DNA from: a virus
IMG/VR virus record: IMGVR_UViG_3300034418_007766
Coordinates: 26,725 to 90,724 of that record
DNA: 64,000 nucleotides
Direction: 5' to 3' (one strand)
A model generated the notes under the pieces. The model was not told the origin of the DNA. It did not search any database and saw only the letters and a list, made by a program, of their open reading frames with translations. Each line of letters starts with the position of its first letter. Position 1 is the first letter of the stretch. The position numbers and the translations under genes were made by a program. Below, piece after piece: positions 9,830 through 19,895 of this stretch.

Positions 9830-10505
9830 ATAGTTTGTTTGCGTTAAGTATATACCTACCTGCTTTAATTTTTATAAACAATTGATCATTTATGTAAATG
9901 CCTTTCTTTTTTACGTTTATTTGTAATTTTTGTTGTCTGCATTTATTTAAATAATCTTGGTTTACAGCATGTCTATAGATACCAAAACATTGTTCGTTTT
10001 CGTTTGTATGTAGTTTTTTTGCATAGTAACCTAAATTTAAAATACTATCAAAATCAATTTTGTATTCACTGGGCAAATAATCTTCAATATTAAACACCGC
10101 AATTTTCACTTTTTGATTGGGCAGATAAGGCAATAATGTATGCCTTAGTTTACCTGGTTCTAAATAGGTTTGTGGATCATTAATTGGACGTTTACTGTAG
10201 GAAATACTAAAAGGATCTATAATAATTTTTTCTTGTAGCAAAAAATAAGTTGATAAAATCGTTTTATACCCATTTGAATTGGGGATATCTGATAGTGTCC
10301 ATTTGCTTGTATCTACATTTGGTAAAGGGCCAGTGTCGTATAAATCTCTAAAAAGAATATTAAAACGATTCTCTATGTGATTAAGTTCTTTTGGATAAAT
10401 TGATAGCCATTTATAACTATCAATTTCATATAAAGCCCTATTTGTAGGCAATGAGTCTAATTTTCTATGGGTATCTAAATCAAACATTTTCAAAAGGCCA
10501 CTCAT
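9810..10505 (-). CDS. hypothetical protein
   Basis: 231-aa AT-rich ORF with no recognised motif. Confidence 0.6.
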   Translation of the reverse strand: MSGLLKMFDLDTHRKLDSLPTNRALYEIDSYKWLSIYPKELNHIENRFNILFRDLYDTGPLPNVDTSKWTLSDIPNSNGYKTILSTYFLLQEKIIIDPFSISYSKRPINDPQTYLEPGKLRHTLLPYLPNQKVKIAVFNIEDYLPSEYKIDFDSILNLGYYAKKLHTNENEQCFGIYRHAVNQDYLNKCRQQKLQINVKKKGIYINDQLFIKIKAGRYILNANKLYEENND

Positions 10506-10668
10506 TATATTTGCCTTTTAAATTATTAATTCTATTTTGTAAGAAATTAATTGTAGTGTTAATATGACCTGTATCATGTGGTTGTAGTAACGTCTTGTAA
10601 TACGCTATTTCTTCTTCTAATACGCTAATGCGCACAATATCATTTATCAGTTTCTTGTGTTCTTTCAT
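10480..10668 (-). CDS. hypothetical protein
   Basis: Short coupled ORF. Confidence 0.6.
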   Translation of the reverse strand: MKEHKKLINDIVRISVLEEEIAYYKTLLQPHDTGHINTTINFLQNRINNLKGKYNEWPFENV

Positions 10669-10849
10669 TTAGCATTTTCCTCATTGCGTTGGTTGCTGTT
10701 TTTGTAAAAAATCTTGGCGCAACACTATGAATAATTACTGCTGGCACAAGTAATTGTAATTTTAGTGCAATTAAAAGTGCTTTACCCATGTGTTGTAAAC
10801 CTGTTTCGTTTACCTCTGCTAAATGTGCTTTGCATTGTTTGCTAAACAT
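10640..10849 (-). CDS. small membrane protein, DUF6356-like
   Basis: HLxxxxETxxxH...IHxxxPxxFxxTA pattern. Confidence 0.55.
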   Translation of the reverse strand: MFSKQCKAHLAEVNETGLQHMGKALLIALKLQLLVPAVIIHSVAPRFFTKTATNAMRKMLNERTQETDK

Positions 10850-11190
10850 CAGTCTCCCTTTCCTGGGGCTTCGCTAAAATATTGCATTTTGCCTTCAACA
10901 CCTTGCCATTGTTCCGCATCCTCAGGAACATCTTCTGGACGAGCAGTTGTAATATTAGGCCATACATCTGCCCACTTATTATTGAACTCTACCCATTGGT
11001 GCGCTCCATCTACTGTGTCAGGTAAAATAGCATCTGCAGGACATTCAGGTTCACATACTCCACAGTCGATGCATTCATCTGGTTTGATTACCAACATGTT
11101 TTCACCTTCATAAAAACAGTCCACAGGACAAACCTCAACGCAGTCCATATGTTTACATTTAATACACTGATCATTTACGATATATGTCAT
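10849..11190 (-). CDS. fdxA: 7Fe ferredoxin (FdxA family)
   Basis: [18 protein letters not shown] and [12 protein letters not shown] motifs. Confidence 0.93.
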   Translation of the reverse strand: MTYIVNDQCIKCKHMDCVEVCPVDCFYEGENMLVIKPDECIDCGVCEPECPADAILPDTVDGAHQWVEFNNKWADVWPNITTARPEDVPEDAEQWQGVEGKMQYFSEAPGKGD

Positions 11191-12250
11191 TAAATACCTC
11201 TTCTAAATTTTTTATATGATTTGTATTATGCTGTAACACTTCTTTCATTTCATTAAGCATAATTTTACATTCATTATAAGATAGATTTGCAATTTTGTCT
11301 ATCTGATTTTTTATCTTTATTATTCTTTTGCGATGATCGTGCTCTGTGTCGTAGCTTTCGTCCCACCATTTTTCAAATGTTTTAAATCCTAATTTTCGCA
11401 ATAAATCTAAAGTTAATGGAGGTGCTGCAAGTATAAACGGTCTATGACAAAGCATTGGATCCAAAGTTTTTTCACTAAAATTTGCAAATTGGCTATCATA
11501 AAAAGTTTCGGTTACAATGCTACAAAAAGCATTTTGATAATTACTATGCATATCCTCTGTTTGAATTTCTTGATTATTTGGATACAAAGGAATTTTAAGT
11601 TCAAGCAATTTATTTTGATAAAAATCTAATTCGTTTGCAGTATAGTTTCTACTATAATCTTGGTCTTTATTGTAATAAGATATAATGCTAATGTCTTTAT
11701 GATTTGCATATAAATGAGAAGCTAGTATTCTTCTGTGTATTTTATCTTTAAAATTTGGACAGAAAAATTTGAAATCAAATTCTTTTTTGAAATCTACTGT
11801 TATTTGTGATAAATTAGAAGATTCATACCAAAGATATGCATCTAAATAAGTCATATTGTCAAAGTATCTTTCTAACCCTTGATTTGGCATATACTGATGA
11901 AATAAAATACCAAGACTATTGATAAATTCATATTCATTACAATACTTCTCAGGCATTCTTCCTAGATAAACTCTTTCAAAGTCTATAGCATCTTTAGGAA
12001 GAATATTTACAGGTTCAAAATTAAACCAACTTACTTTATATGGTCCTAAGTGTTGTAAAATTTCACTAAAATCGTGTTCTTCATCATCAGGTGGATCTTG
12101 AATAGTATCAAATTGAACTGCTATAGGAAGTTTAGCATTTTTTGCTAGAAATTTAACACCTTCGTGCCTATAGTCATCAAATGGATCCATAGGCTGTAAA
12201 TTTTGATCGACTACTAGATATTGGTTGTGTAAATTAACAAAGTAAATCAA
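11171..12250 (-). CDS. putative glycosyltransferase-like phage protein
   Basis: C-terminal IVTET...FSEKT...PFI...LGFKTF..WWDESYD segment resembling GT-B/GT10-like nucleotide-sugar-binding regions. Confidence 0.5.
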   Translation of the reverse strand: MIYFVNLHNQYLVVDQNLQPMDPFDDYRHEGVKFLAKNAKLPIAVQFDTIQDPPDDEEHDFSEILQHLGPYKVSWFNFEPVNILPKDAIDFERVYLGRMPEKYCNEYEFINSLGILFHQYMPNQGLERYFDNMTYLDAYLWYESSNLSQITVDFKKEFDFKFFCPNFKDKIHRRILASHLYANHKDISIISYYNKDQDYSRNYTANELDFYQNKLLELKIPLYPNNQEIQTEDMHSNYQNAFCSIVTETFYDSQFANFSEKTLDPMLCHRPFILAAPPLTLDLLRKLGFKTFEKWWDESYDTEHDHRKRIIKIKNQIDKIANLSYNECKIMLNEMKEVLQHNTNHIKNLEEVFNDIYRK

Positions 12251-13173
12251 AGTTGTCCCAGTCTAATTAATGTTGCTGCAAGATTGATTTCAGGATCAAC
12301 AACTAATGTGTGATCAACTAAACCTTGCTTAATAATTAGCACTGCTTTGTCTTGTTGTTCGTCTGTTCCGAACAGTTCAATGTTGTCATACAACCAACGA
12401 TAAATTTCTTCCATTTCTTCTGCTCGCACAGTGCCACACAACAGTTTTCTAGCATCGTGGATCTTGCCTGCTTTGAACAGTTCTACCATATCCAGTTTCC
12501 AGTCGCTTTCACCTGTGTCGCCTTCTTGCGGACTAACAAGTTTGCCTTCAACTGAATTCATTTGCACCATATTGATACATTTTCTTAAATCAGGATACGT
12601 TGCTTTGACATAAGTGTCGAGAGTATCCAAATCCGGAGTAATACCTTCAGTGATGAGAATTTCAGCGACCCTAGCAGTAAATTCAGTTTGATCGATCTTG
12701 GCAATATGGAAACCTTGGCACCTGCTGTGAATAGCCGGAATAATACGGTTAGGATAGTTACAAGTAAGTATGAACCTAGCAGTAGTATGATATTCTTCCA
12801 TAACACCACGCAGTGCGGCTTGTGCATTAGGTGACAGATAGTCTGCCTCATCAAGTAATACAACTTTAAAATCTCCAAATGGAATCATTTGCACAAATGA
12901 CACAATCTTGTCTCGAACATCATCTACTGAGTTTGTGCGACTTGCGTTGATTTCTAATATGTCTAATGGATTTACATCCAGCTCATTAAAAAGTAGTTTA
13001 GCAAGAGTAGTTTTACCAATCCCAGCATTGCCACTAAAAAGCAAATGCGGAATAGTTTTGTCTTTGATCCATGTTTTGACTTGATTTCGTTGTGCGTCAT
13101 CTCTAAATACATATCCATCAACGGTTTTTGGACGATACTTTTCTACCCATAATTCTTTCAAGTTCTTCTCCAT
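12247..13173 (-). CDS. sliding-clamp loader AAA+ subunit (RFC small subunit / T4 gp44-like)
   Basis: WVEKYRP, GNAGIGKT, LDEAD and SRC motifs. Confidence 0.93.
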   Translation of the reverse strand: MEKNLKELWVEKYRPKTVDGYVFRDDAQRNQVKTWIKDKTIPHLLFSGNAGIGKTTLAKLLFNELDVNPLDILEINASRTNSVDDVRDKIVSFVQMIPFGDFKVVLLDEADYLSPNAQAALRGVMEEYHTTARFILTCNYPNRIIPAIHSRCQGFHIAKIDQTEFTARVAEILITEGITPDLDTLDTYVKATYPDLRKCINMVQMNSVEGKLVSPQEGDTGESDWKLDMVELFKAGKIHDARKLLCGTVRAEEMEEIYRWLYDNIELFGTDEQQDKAVLIIKQGLVDHTLVVDPEINLAATLIRLGQL

Positions 13174-13300
13174 ATTGCTGTTCGAATTTTTTAATTAGTT
13201 GTGCCATCATGGGGCTGTAGTCGTCTTCCATGATTTCTCTGAGACTTACTTTACGCTTCTTCGTCATTGGACGATACTTTTCTACCCATAATTCTTTCAT
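13118..13300 (-). CDS. 60-aa ORF starting with a duplicated clamp-loader N-terminus
   Basis: MKELWVEKYRPMTKK...; ATGA overlap with the upstream gene. Confidence 0.5.
   Translation of the reverse strand: MKELWVEKYRPMTKKRKVSLREIMEDDYSPMMAQLIKKFEQQYGEELERIMGRKVSSKNR
13128..13299. repeat. 33-bp perfect direct repeat (13128-13160 and 13267-13299)
   Basis: ttggacgatacttttctacccataattctttca occurs twice and encodes KELWVEKYRP. Confidence 0.9.
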
Positions 13301-13485
13301 TCTTCTTCCTGTTCCCAATAACGAACGTAAAAGTGTTTGCCACATGCATCAATTTCTGACTGTGGATAACCTTCGCTCAACAGCCAAGGAAAGATACTTT
13401 CATCTTCGCCCAAGTCTGCAGGTAAAGGTTTAGGAAAGCCATATTTCCATCCGCTGGGCGGATCACACATTGTTACTTTAGCCAA
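13297..13485 (-). CDS. hypothetical phage protein
   Basis: DPPSGWKYGFPK motif; coupled ORF. Confidence 0.7.
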   Translation of the reverse strand: MAKVTMCDPPSGWKYGFPKPLPADLGEDESIFPWLLSEGYPQSEIDACGKHFYVRYWEQEEE

Positions 13486-13723
13486 AACGAGCCTCCGATA
13501 GCTTTTCTCTTACTCTACGAGTATACCATGTTTGCGGGTTCTTGTCAATCATTTCAATTAAAAACTGCCAATCTTCTCGTTCGAACACTTTAACAACATC
13601 TGCATCTTTTGTCACAGTGTATCCACGGCTGTTGAGTTCGTCAATAAGTTCTTGATCATCCATTTCGTTGATAACATCATCAACATAAACGTCTACATCT
13701 ACAGTTACAGTCTTATAGCCCAT
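13478..13723 (-). CDS. hypothetical protein
   Basis: GGAGG RBS, 81 aa. Confidence 0.7.
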   Translation of the reverse strand: MGYKTVTVDVDVYVDDVINEMDDQELIDELNSRGYTVTKDADVVKVFEREDWQFLIEMIDKNPQTWYTRRVREKLSEARFG

Positions 13724-13845
13724 CTGTGTCCTCCTTGACTTTTTTAGCGATGGTTTTGTGAATACCAGGGTTAACTTTCATTAGTTTTCCATTTCGGTCT
13801 TCACTCCGTGATAGTTTTCTCTGCTAAACTTCATACGACTATCCT

Positions 13846-14028
13846 TTATCTCGGCAAGATTTTCATCCAAAGAAAATCAATAAACCACATTTCATCTTTT
13901 TTACCAATACTAAACAAACTTCGACCAACATCATACTCAAAATCATTTTCAAGGTAACAAATACTAAAGTGCCATTCACTATCATAATAGTGACGATAGA
14001 AGCTGACCAATTCAAACTTTAGCATCAT
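13846..14028 (-). CDS. hypothetical protein
   Basis: 60-aa ORF with GGAG RBS. Confidence 0.5.
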   Translation of the reverse strand: MMLKFELVSFYRHYYDSEWHFSICYLENDFEYDVGRSLFSIGKKDEMWFIDFLWMKILPR

Positions 14029-14090
14029 GTAAACTTCTCCACATCTCTTGCTAACAATAGCAGCCTTTTCTTACGAAGTCTAGTCATTTT

Positions 14091-14561
14091 TTAATCCCAC
14101 AAATTTTCATAATATTTGCCAAACAGTCTAAAACCATTTGACATACGGTCTTGGTGTGCCTTTGCGCCTTCTTGATCCCACTTGTTGTAGTGATAATCTT
14201 CCATCCAATCATCACGACACTTTTGTTCAAATGCCCAGATCATTTCGTCCATAACCCAATCCCACCGCTTAAAAAATTTGTCAGGAGCAGAACCGTCCTT
14301 GTCGAACGCTGACTGTTCTTTTTTAGTCATATGCAATTCTTTAGGCACATGGCTATCGTCTACTATAGGAGCACCGTGTTTGGTTTCCTTCAACTGTTTT
14401 AGCATGGGCAAGATAATAGGAGCAAGTGTATGATCCATACTCCATGTATCATAGTTGTGTATTTTTATCCGCGTCTTTTGTTTTGGTGAATAACCAAACC
14501 ATTTGTAAAGCCAATTGTGATAAAACCTATGATTAGGATATGGTCCTATATACACTTTCAT
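14091..14561 (-). CDS. hypothetical phage protein
   Basis: DTWSMDHTLA...GFRLFGKYYENLWD, typical of T4-like phage hypotheticals. Confidence 0.75.
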   Translation of the reverse strand: MKVYIGPYPNHRFYHNWLYKWFGYSPKQKTRIKIHNYDTWSMDHTLAPIILPMLKQLKETKHGAPIVDDSHVPKELHMTKKEQSAFDKDGSAPDKFFKRWDWVMDEMIWAFEQKCRDDWMEDYHYNKWDQEGAKAHQDRMSNGFRLFGKYYENLWD

Positions 14562-14836
14562 TTAATCAGCGAGCTCCATACTTTTAGTTTTTCTAATTTT
14601 ACGTCTGCTCGATTCTGTAATTCGATCCAGTCTGTGATTCCATGTTCAACCATCAGTTCCATCATACAAAATACATCACCTAGTTCTTCTACTAGTTTAA
14701 CACGCTGTTCCTCTTCAATCAAGTCTAAAGTTTCATACTTGCGCATTATTTTACTACAACGTTGTGTAAGTTCACCACATTCTTCCATTGTGATTGTCAT
14801 CAACTGCTGTAGTGTGTTTATAGGATTATTTTGCAA
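14558..14836 (-). CDS. MazG-like NTP pyrophosphohydrolase
   Basis: EECGEL and EELGDV motifs. Confidence 0.75.
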   Translation of the reverse strand: MQNNPINTLQQLMTITMEECGELTQRCSKIMRKYETLDLIEEEQRVKLVEELGDVFCMMELMVEHGITDWIELQNRADVKLEKLKVWSSLIK

Positions 14837-15353
14837 TACCTAACTCCTTGTAAACCATTTGCACACCTTTAGCTTGGAAGTATGCATCTGCTAGTGCATT
14901 GTGTAAATCACTTTGCATTGCTTTACGTGGATCAACTTTTGCCATAGCAAACAATGTTCTACTATCTCGCACCTGCCAAAACTGCCAAGGGATATTTTTG
15001 TTACGTTGTCTTAGCATGTCTTCTATAATTGTAATATCAAAGCCATAGCCATGTCCCCAAAGCACATCAACATTGCTCATCCATTTAGGCAAACTATCAA
15101 GAAAAGTATCGATATGATCTCGTCCTTCTGTGCCAAATGCTTCTTCTTGCACTTTTGCATCTTGTGTTGCCCACCAAGCAATAGTATCATCATTTACACT
15201 GCGATCTTGGCTATCTAAGTCTAGTTTATAGTAAAACTCACTGTGAGGTTCGCTATCATTGTTTGGGTCAAACTTTACACCGCCTACAGTTAATACAGAT
15301 GCTCTAGGAGTTACATCAAGTGTTTCTAAGTCAATCATTGCGTGAGTAGCCAT
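14826..15353 (-). CDS. DEDDh 3'-5' exonuclease
   Basis: IDLET, FDITI and HNALADA motifs. Confidence 0.85.
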   Translation of the reverse strand: MATHAMIDLETLDVTPRASVLTVGGVKFDPNNDSEPHSEFYYKLDLDSQDRSVNDDTIAWWATQDAKVQEEAFGTEGRDHIDTFLDSLPKWMSNVDVLWGHGYGFDITIIEDMLRQRNKNIPWQFWQVRDSRTLFAMAKVDPRKAMQSDLHNALADAYFQAKGVQMVYKELGIAK

Positions 15354-15550
15354 TAAAAGTTTTCCTCTATTTGTTTAATGTGTTTACACTTTTTAAAAGC
15401 AGGACAATCACAACTAAAGCCTGCGTTTTGCATTTCGATTTTATATTCAGTGCCTTTGCTGCCGACAGCAGACCACACTGTGCCTACTGCCCAGTGATTT
15501 TTAGTGTTTATAATTTCGCTTGGATAAACTTTTAGTCCGTATTTAGACAT
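15353..15550 (-). CDS. SWIM zinc-finger protein
   Basis: GSKGTEY...CDCPAF..CKH. Confidence 0.8.
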   Translation of the reverse strand: MSKYGLKVYPSEIINTKNHWAVGTVWSAVGSKGTEYKIEMQNAGFSCDCPAFKKCKHIKQIEENF

Positions 15551-15576
15551 AGCCCACTCTGTGTTGTTACAATACT

Positions 15577-15605
15577 TTTATAGCACAAACAACACAGAGT
15601 GTCAA
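15577..15605 (-). promoter_or_regulatory. sigma70-type promoter overlapped by a 14-bp inverted repeat
   Basis: TTGACA-17-TATAAA; repeat arms at 15555-15568 and 15588-15601. Confidence 0.75.
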
Positions 15606-15608
15606 CCA

Positions 15609-16295
15609 TTATTCCCTATTTCCAAGTAGTGATAATAACAATTGGAAAAGGTTTACAAAATCTAAGTATAAACTTAATGCCATTTGCACACCATACTTTT
15701 CTGCTACTTCCATGCTGGGTGCAGAAAGGTATAAGTTCTTTGCAGTTTGTGTATCCCATGCTGTCATACCTACAAAAATAAGCACACCAATGATACTGAT
15801 AGCAAAAGCAAATGCACTACTTGCTAGAAAGATATTTACAATACTAGCAATAATAATGCCAATCAAGCCTACAATGAGAAAACTACCTATTGTGGTGAGG
15901 TCACGTTTTGTAGTGTATCCGTAGAGACTGGCGGCTGCGAATGTTGCTGCTGTGATAAAAAATACTTGAGCTATACTCATCGCTGTATACACCACAAAGA
16001 TAGTGCTCATACTTACACCCATTACTGCTGTAAATGCATAGTAAAAACGTGTAATGCCCTGTAGGCTCCAGTTTTGTCCTGCAAAGCCATAATATAAAAT
16101 CATACCTAGCGGGGCAAACATAAACAGCCACATAAGGCTGCCCATACTATATACCATACCTGTTGTATAAACAAGGTAGGCAATAAAACCACTCACTGCT
16201 AATCCTGTAGCGGTGTGGTTATACATATTGATCATAAATTTACGCAAGCCTTCGTCGTATGCTTGACTTGCAATATTTGCGGTTCTTGCTACCAT
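15609..16295 (-). CDS. Bax inhibitor-1 / YccA family membrane protein
   Basis: About 7 TMs; YGYTTKRDL, TAWDTQ and ALSLYLDFVNLF motifs. Confidence 0.92.
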   Translation of the reverse strand: MVARTANIASQAYDEGLRKFMINMYNHTATGLAVSGFIAYLVYTTGMVYSMGSLMWLFMFAPLGMILYYGFAGQNWSLQGITRFYYAFTAVMGVSMSTIFVVYTAMSIAQVFFITAATFAAASLYGYTTKRDLTTIGSFLIVGLIGIIIASIVNIFLASSAFAFAISIIGVLIFVGMTAWDTQTAKNLYLSAPSMEVAEKYGVQMALSLYLDFVNLFQLLLSLLGNRE

Positions 16296-16296
16296 A

Positions 16297-16656
16297 TTAG
16301 TCTCCTATAAACTGTGCAAGTTCTGGAGCCTTCCATCCTTCTGGCTTCAATACCTTGCCATCTTCACGCTTACGAACTTTGCCTGTTTCTGGATCAATCT
16401 TAGCAAAGTTTGTATCCATTACTTCTTTCCAAGCACCTTCGCCATCGTAGCCACCAGCACGTATAGCACCCATAGTAACAACAAGAATATCGATTAGTGC
16501 ATCTAGTTGTTCTACACGATCATCTGCTGCAATAGCATCTGCAAGTTCGTTGTATTCTTCTGCAATAAGACTGAGATACATATCATAGTTTGCTTCTGAT
16601 GGCTCTTGATCACACGCTGAGCCAAAGCGTTCAATATCTGCAAATGGATTTGTCAT
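16297..16656 (-). CDS. nucleoside triphosphate pyrophosphohydrolase (PRA-PH/MazG-like)
   Basis: EEYNEL, LDALID and REDGKVLKP motifs. Confidence 0.85.
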   Translation of the reverse strand: MTNPFADIERFGSACDQEPSEANYDMYLSLIAEEYNELADAIAADDRVEQLDALIDILVVTMGAIRAGGYDGEGAWKEVMDTNFAKIDPETGKVRKREDGKVLKPEGWKAPELAQFIGD

Positions 16657-17013
16657 TTACACCTCATCGGCCATATATACATCTTCAGGCTTATCTACAC
16701 TAAACGCAAGAATACAATCTGCATCAATCATACGCAATTCAGTCTCGCCTTCGCCTTCGTTAATGTTTACACCTCTTGTCCAACGACCGTGTTCGACTAA
16801 AATCCAATCGCCAACATTATATTCATCCTTGTTATTAGGACCTTTACTATGCACTTGTCCCCAACGTGGATAAATGCCTCGTGATTGACCGTTGTCGTCT
16901 ACAATGATCAAGCCACTTTTTGTTTTTTGTTCACCAAAATACATATTTTTTACAATTACCCTATCTCCAATAGGAGTTAGCTTACCGCTAATAGTATTTA
17001 GATTGATAGCCAT
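16657..17013 (-). CDS. groES: co-chaperonin GroES-like
   Basis: LTPIGDRVIV and KTKSGLII mobile-loop motifs. Confidence 0.8.
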   Translation of the reverse strand: MAINLNTISGKLTPIGDRVIVKNMYFGEQKTKSGLIIVDDNGQSRGIYPRWGQVHSKGPNNKDEYNVGDWILVEHGRWTRGVNINEGEGETELRMIDADCILAFSVDKPEDVYMADEV

Positions 17014-17417
17014 TATTCACCTTTTCTAATAAAATTTCCATCTTCGTCTTCGATCCATTCTGGTTCTTCAGATTTGGTTTCAGTTTTAGTTTTTGTTGTT
17101 GTAGTAGCTTTAGGTTTTGGTGCAGGATCTTCTACAACTGGTTCTGCATCAAATTCTTCAAATTCTTCAACTTCACTTTTAGATAGTGCAGTTTCCTTAA
17201 CAACTACTTCGTTTCTCATACCAGTAGTAGACTTGTAGTAGTCTTTAAGCACGTCTTCCCTTTTTCTAATGATTTTGCCACCTGGACCTAACATATCACC
17301 ACGTGCATTGACTTTTGCATTTCCTACAGCAGGTGTTAGTTCGTTTCGACTAATCAGTAGATCAAGGTCAACTTGTTTACCTCTAGCTGTCCTGTATATC
17401 TTGCGACCTTGAGCCAT
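17013..17417 (-). CDS. hypothetical phage protein
   Basis: AVGNAKVNARGD motif; GGAG RBS. Confidence 0.75.
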   Translation of the reverse strand: MAQGRKIYRTARGKQVDLDLLISRNELTPAVGNAKVNARGDMLGPGGKIIRKREDVLKDYYKSTTGMRNEVVVKETALSKSEVEEFEEFDAEPVVEDPAPKPKATTTTKTKTETKSEEPEWIEDEDGNFIRKGE

Positions 17418-17431
17418 TTTATCTCCTTTTG

Positions 17432-19306
17432 TTAATTACTTATCACTGGTTTTGCTTTGCAACGCCAGTATCGACTTTTTCTATCCCAATGATAAGCCTT
17501 TTGATACCATAGGACTGGATCCATTTTTTCAGTGTCATGATGATCAATTTCTATAACATCATTATTTATACCCAACATATTTTGTGCCACTGCTTTTTTA
17601 ACATTTACCTGTATTGGATATTGTGTATCTCTATCACGGGTCATTAACACATTAAGCTCTACAATGTCTTCTACATGGTCTAAATCATAACAATCATTTA
17701 AAAATTGTATTAGATCTTTCTTATATTGCTCTTTGTTATCATGTAGCACACAACTACTTGCACCTTTATATTCCCAGTAAATATCGTCGTCTCCTAAAAC
17801 TTTTCTGCCCCAAAGTTTTTGATTGTTATATGTATCAATATGATGTTGTTCTGTTAATCTATATTCTTTGTGCAATAGTGTGTTTGGATTTTGCACAATC
17901 CAACTGCGCAAGTCTTCAAAGAAGTCTGTTTCACGAATGCCTTTAGTTGCAAGATATTTTGCTAGGTAATGTCCCCATCCATAGTAATACATTAATATTG
18001 CAACCCAACTAAACATAAAGCCTTGTAACACAGTTTCCCAGTCTGCCGTTCTTGTGCTAACCACTGCACCTGTGTATTCAAAGATATAATTTTCAATATC
18101 ATCTTCACGCAAATAAAAAGTATCTAATGGTATTTCTTTTACACCCATGTCATAACGTTTTTGATATTCTGCATTACCCATTGTAGCATTGTAAGTAATT
18201 ACAAGTGGATGTATCATCAAGTAACTGTCTTGGCCTAAGTCTATTAGCTTTTGCACATTTTCTTTTAAACTGTCATAGGTTTCTTCTGGCATTGGCCAAA
18301 TAAGTTCACTATATGTAGGAATATCTTCTGCTTTATATTTTTCTAAATATTGTGCGACTTGATCGTCATTGATGTTAAAACGTTCACTTGCTGCCAGTGT
18401 TGGATCATTGAAACTTTGCATAGCAAATGTAACACCTTTGAAAATATTTACTGGCGCACGTTTGTTCATCATTGCTATTTCAAAGTTTCTATCTACATTG
18501 TTTTTTGCCCATGTTGCATCAAACCATTTAGGATAACCATACTTTGCTTTGGTGTCTAAAACTATTTGAGTAAGTTCTACATCACGTTTAAGCAATCCCC
18601 AGTTGCTATCACATACACTTACATACTCTATTTTATTTTTGCCCATCCATTCTATTTCTTGACGACAGCGTTCCATATCAAACAGGGTTAATTTGTTCCA
18701 ATAACTGTCTCCAATATCACAAAATGCACAGTGATACGGACAACCACGTAAACTTTCCCAAGTAACTTGCCAAAGTGTATCTTCTGGATACTTTGCCATA
18801 ATAGGCTCGTAAAACCCTTCTAGTATAGGACTAGGAATATCTGCTACACTTTTTCTACGTATTGCAGGATTTGGCATGTGTGTTCTTGTTTGGGTATGCA
18901 CAATACAGTCATACTCGCCAAGTGGTCTAGCAAGTATTTCTTTCATGGCATCTTCACCTTCACCATGCACTGCTACATCAAAGTCAGGATATTTTTCAAA
19001 AAAGTTTTTATCTCTTTTATCAATCTGTGGTCCACCAGTAACAATAATACAATCTGGATGCAAGCTCTTTACTGCTTTTGCAAGTTGTAGATTATATTCC
19101 CAATTCCAAATATAACTACTCATGACAACCATTTTAGGATTTATCATTCTTAGTGCATATTCATTAGGCTTTGGTTTTTCAATCAAAACATCCATTAAGT
19201 TCCAATTGTCATTTTTTCCATAACACCATTGATATCCAACAGCAAGAGGTAAGAATTTATTAGGACCGTAGGCATCACTTGCTTGAACTAAGTAAATGTT
19301 ATTCAT
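17432..19306 (-). CDS. B12-binding-domain radical SAM protein
   Basis: N-terminal cobalamin-type domain (SSYIWN, GGPQ, GEGE) and RGCPYHCAFC. Confidence 0.88.
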   Translation of the reverse strand: MNNIYLVQASDAYGPNKFLPLAVGYQWCYGKNDNWNLMDVLIEKPKPNEYALRMINPKMVVMSSYIWNWEYNLQLAKAVKSLHPDCIIVTGGPQIDKRDKNFFEKYPDFDVAVHGEGEDAMKEILARPLGEYDCIVHTQTRTHMPNPAIRRKSVADIPSPILEGFYEPIMAKYPEDTLWQVTWESLRGCPYHCAFCDIGDSYWNKLTLFDMERCRQEIEWMGKNKIEYVSVCDSNWGLLKRDVELTQIVLDTKAKYGYPKWFDATWAKNNVDRNFEIAMMNKRAPVNIFKGVTFAMQSFNDPTLAASERFNINDDQVAQYLEKYKAEDIPTYSELIWPMPEETYDSLKENVQKLIDLGQDSYLMIHPLVITYNATMGNAEYQKRYDMGVKEIPLDTFYLREDDIENYIFEYTGAVVSTRTADWETVLQGFMFSWVAILMYYYGWGHYLAKYLATKGIRETDFFEDLRSWIVQNPNTLLHKEYRLTEQHHIDTYNNQKLWGRKVLGDDDIYWEYKGASSCVLHDNKEQYKKDLIQFLNDCYDLDHVEDIVELNVLMTRDRDTQYPIQVNVKKAVAQNMLGINNDVIEIDHHDTEKMDPVLWYQKAYHWDRKSRYWRCKAKPVISN

Positions 19307-19860
19307 CTTAAAAACTCTCTCCAGTCGAGATTATATTTAATTGAATCTATACGATGCACGCCTATCAAATACAGCACATAACTTGCTACACTTGATCCAC
19401 GTCCTACACCCCATACAATGTTATTCTCACGCATAAAGTCTACAAGATAAACCATATAGCGTAGCAAGTCTGTCATACCACGATCTAAAAACGCTTTCCA
19501 TTCTTCAGTAACTCGTTTCCATTCTTCAGTATGTCTAAGTTCGTCATTTGGTTCTACTTGTAAGTTCTCTGCAAGTTTTGCAAATAGATAAACTGTAATA
19601 TCTAAGTTCTTGTATTCATCAGGCATAAACCATTCACTTTGACATACACCGTCAAAAGTCTTTTGATCTACATCCAGTGGAATATATTTTTGCAATGGAC
19701 TCAAACCTTGCGCTTCCATTGCACTATTAAATTTTTCTATCTCGTCATTAGGATTACACAATACCACATGAATCTTGTCTGATTGACCTGAATAAATCAT
19801 ATCAATCAAGTCTCGATTTGTAAATCGTGGGATACCTAGTTCGTCTGTCTTCATTAGCAT
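19303..19860 (-). CDS. stand-alone fragment of DNA polymerase III alpha (DnaE)
   Basis: GVGRGSSVASYVLYLIGV..IDSIKYNL..REFL matches the DnaE GRGS segment; only 185 aa. Confidence 0.8.
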   Translation of the reverse strand: MLMKTDELGIPRFTNRDLIDMIYSGQSDKIHVVLCNPNDEIEKFNSAMEAQGLSPLQKYIPLDVDQKTFDGVCQSEWFMPDEYKNLDITVYLFAKLAENLQVEPNDELRHTEEWKRVTEEWKAFLDRGMTDLLRYMVYLVDFMRENNIVWGVGRGSSVASYVLYLIGVHRIDSIKYNLDWREFLR

Positions 19861-19866
19861 TAAGTA

Positions 19867-19895
19867 ATATTACGATACATTGATTAATTTGTCAA
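19867..19895 (-). promoter_or_regulatory. sigma70-type promoter, 6 nt from the DnaE-fragment ATG
   Basis: TTGACA-17-TAATAT. Confidence 0.6.

Noticed and set aside
13724-14090. Mini-ORFs of 17-20 codons between hypothetical genes as leader peptides
   Set aside because: No associated terminator/antiterminator; more likely gene remnants
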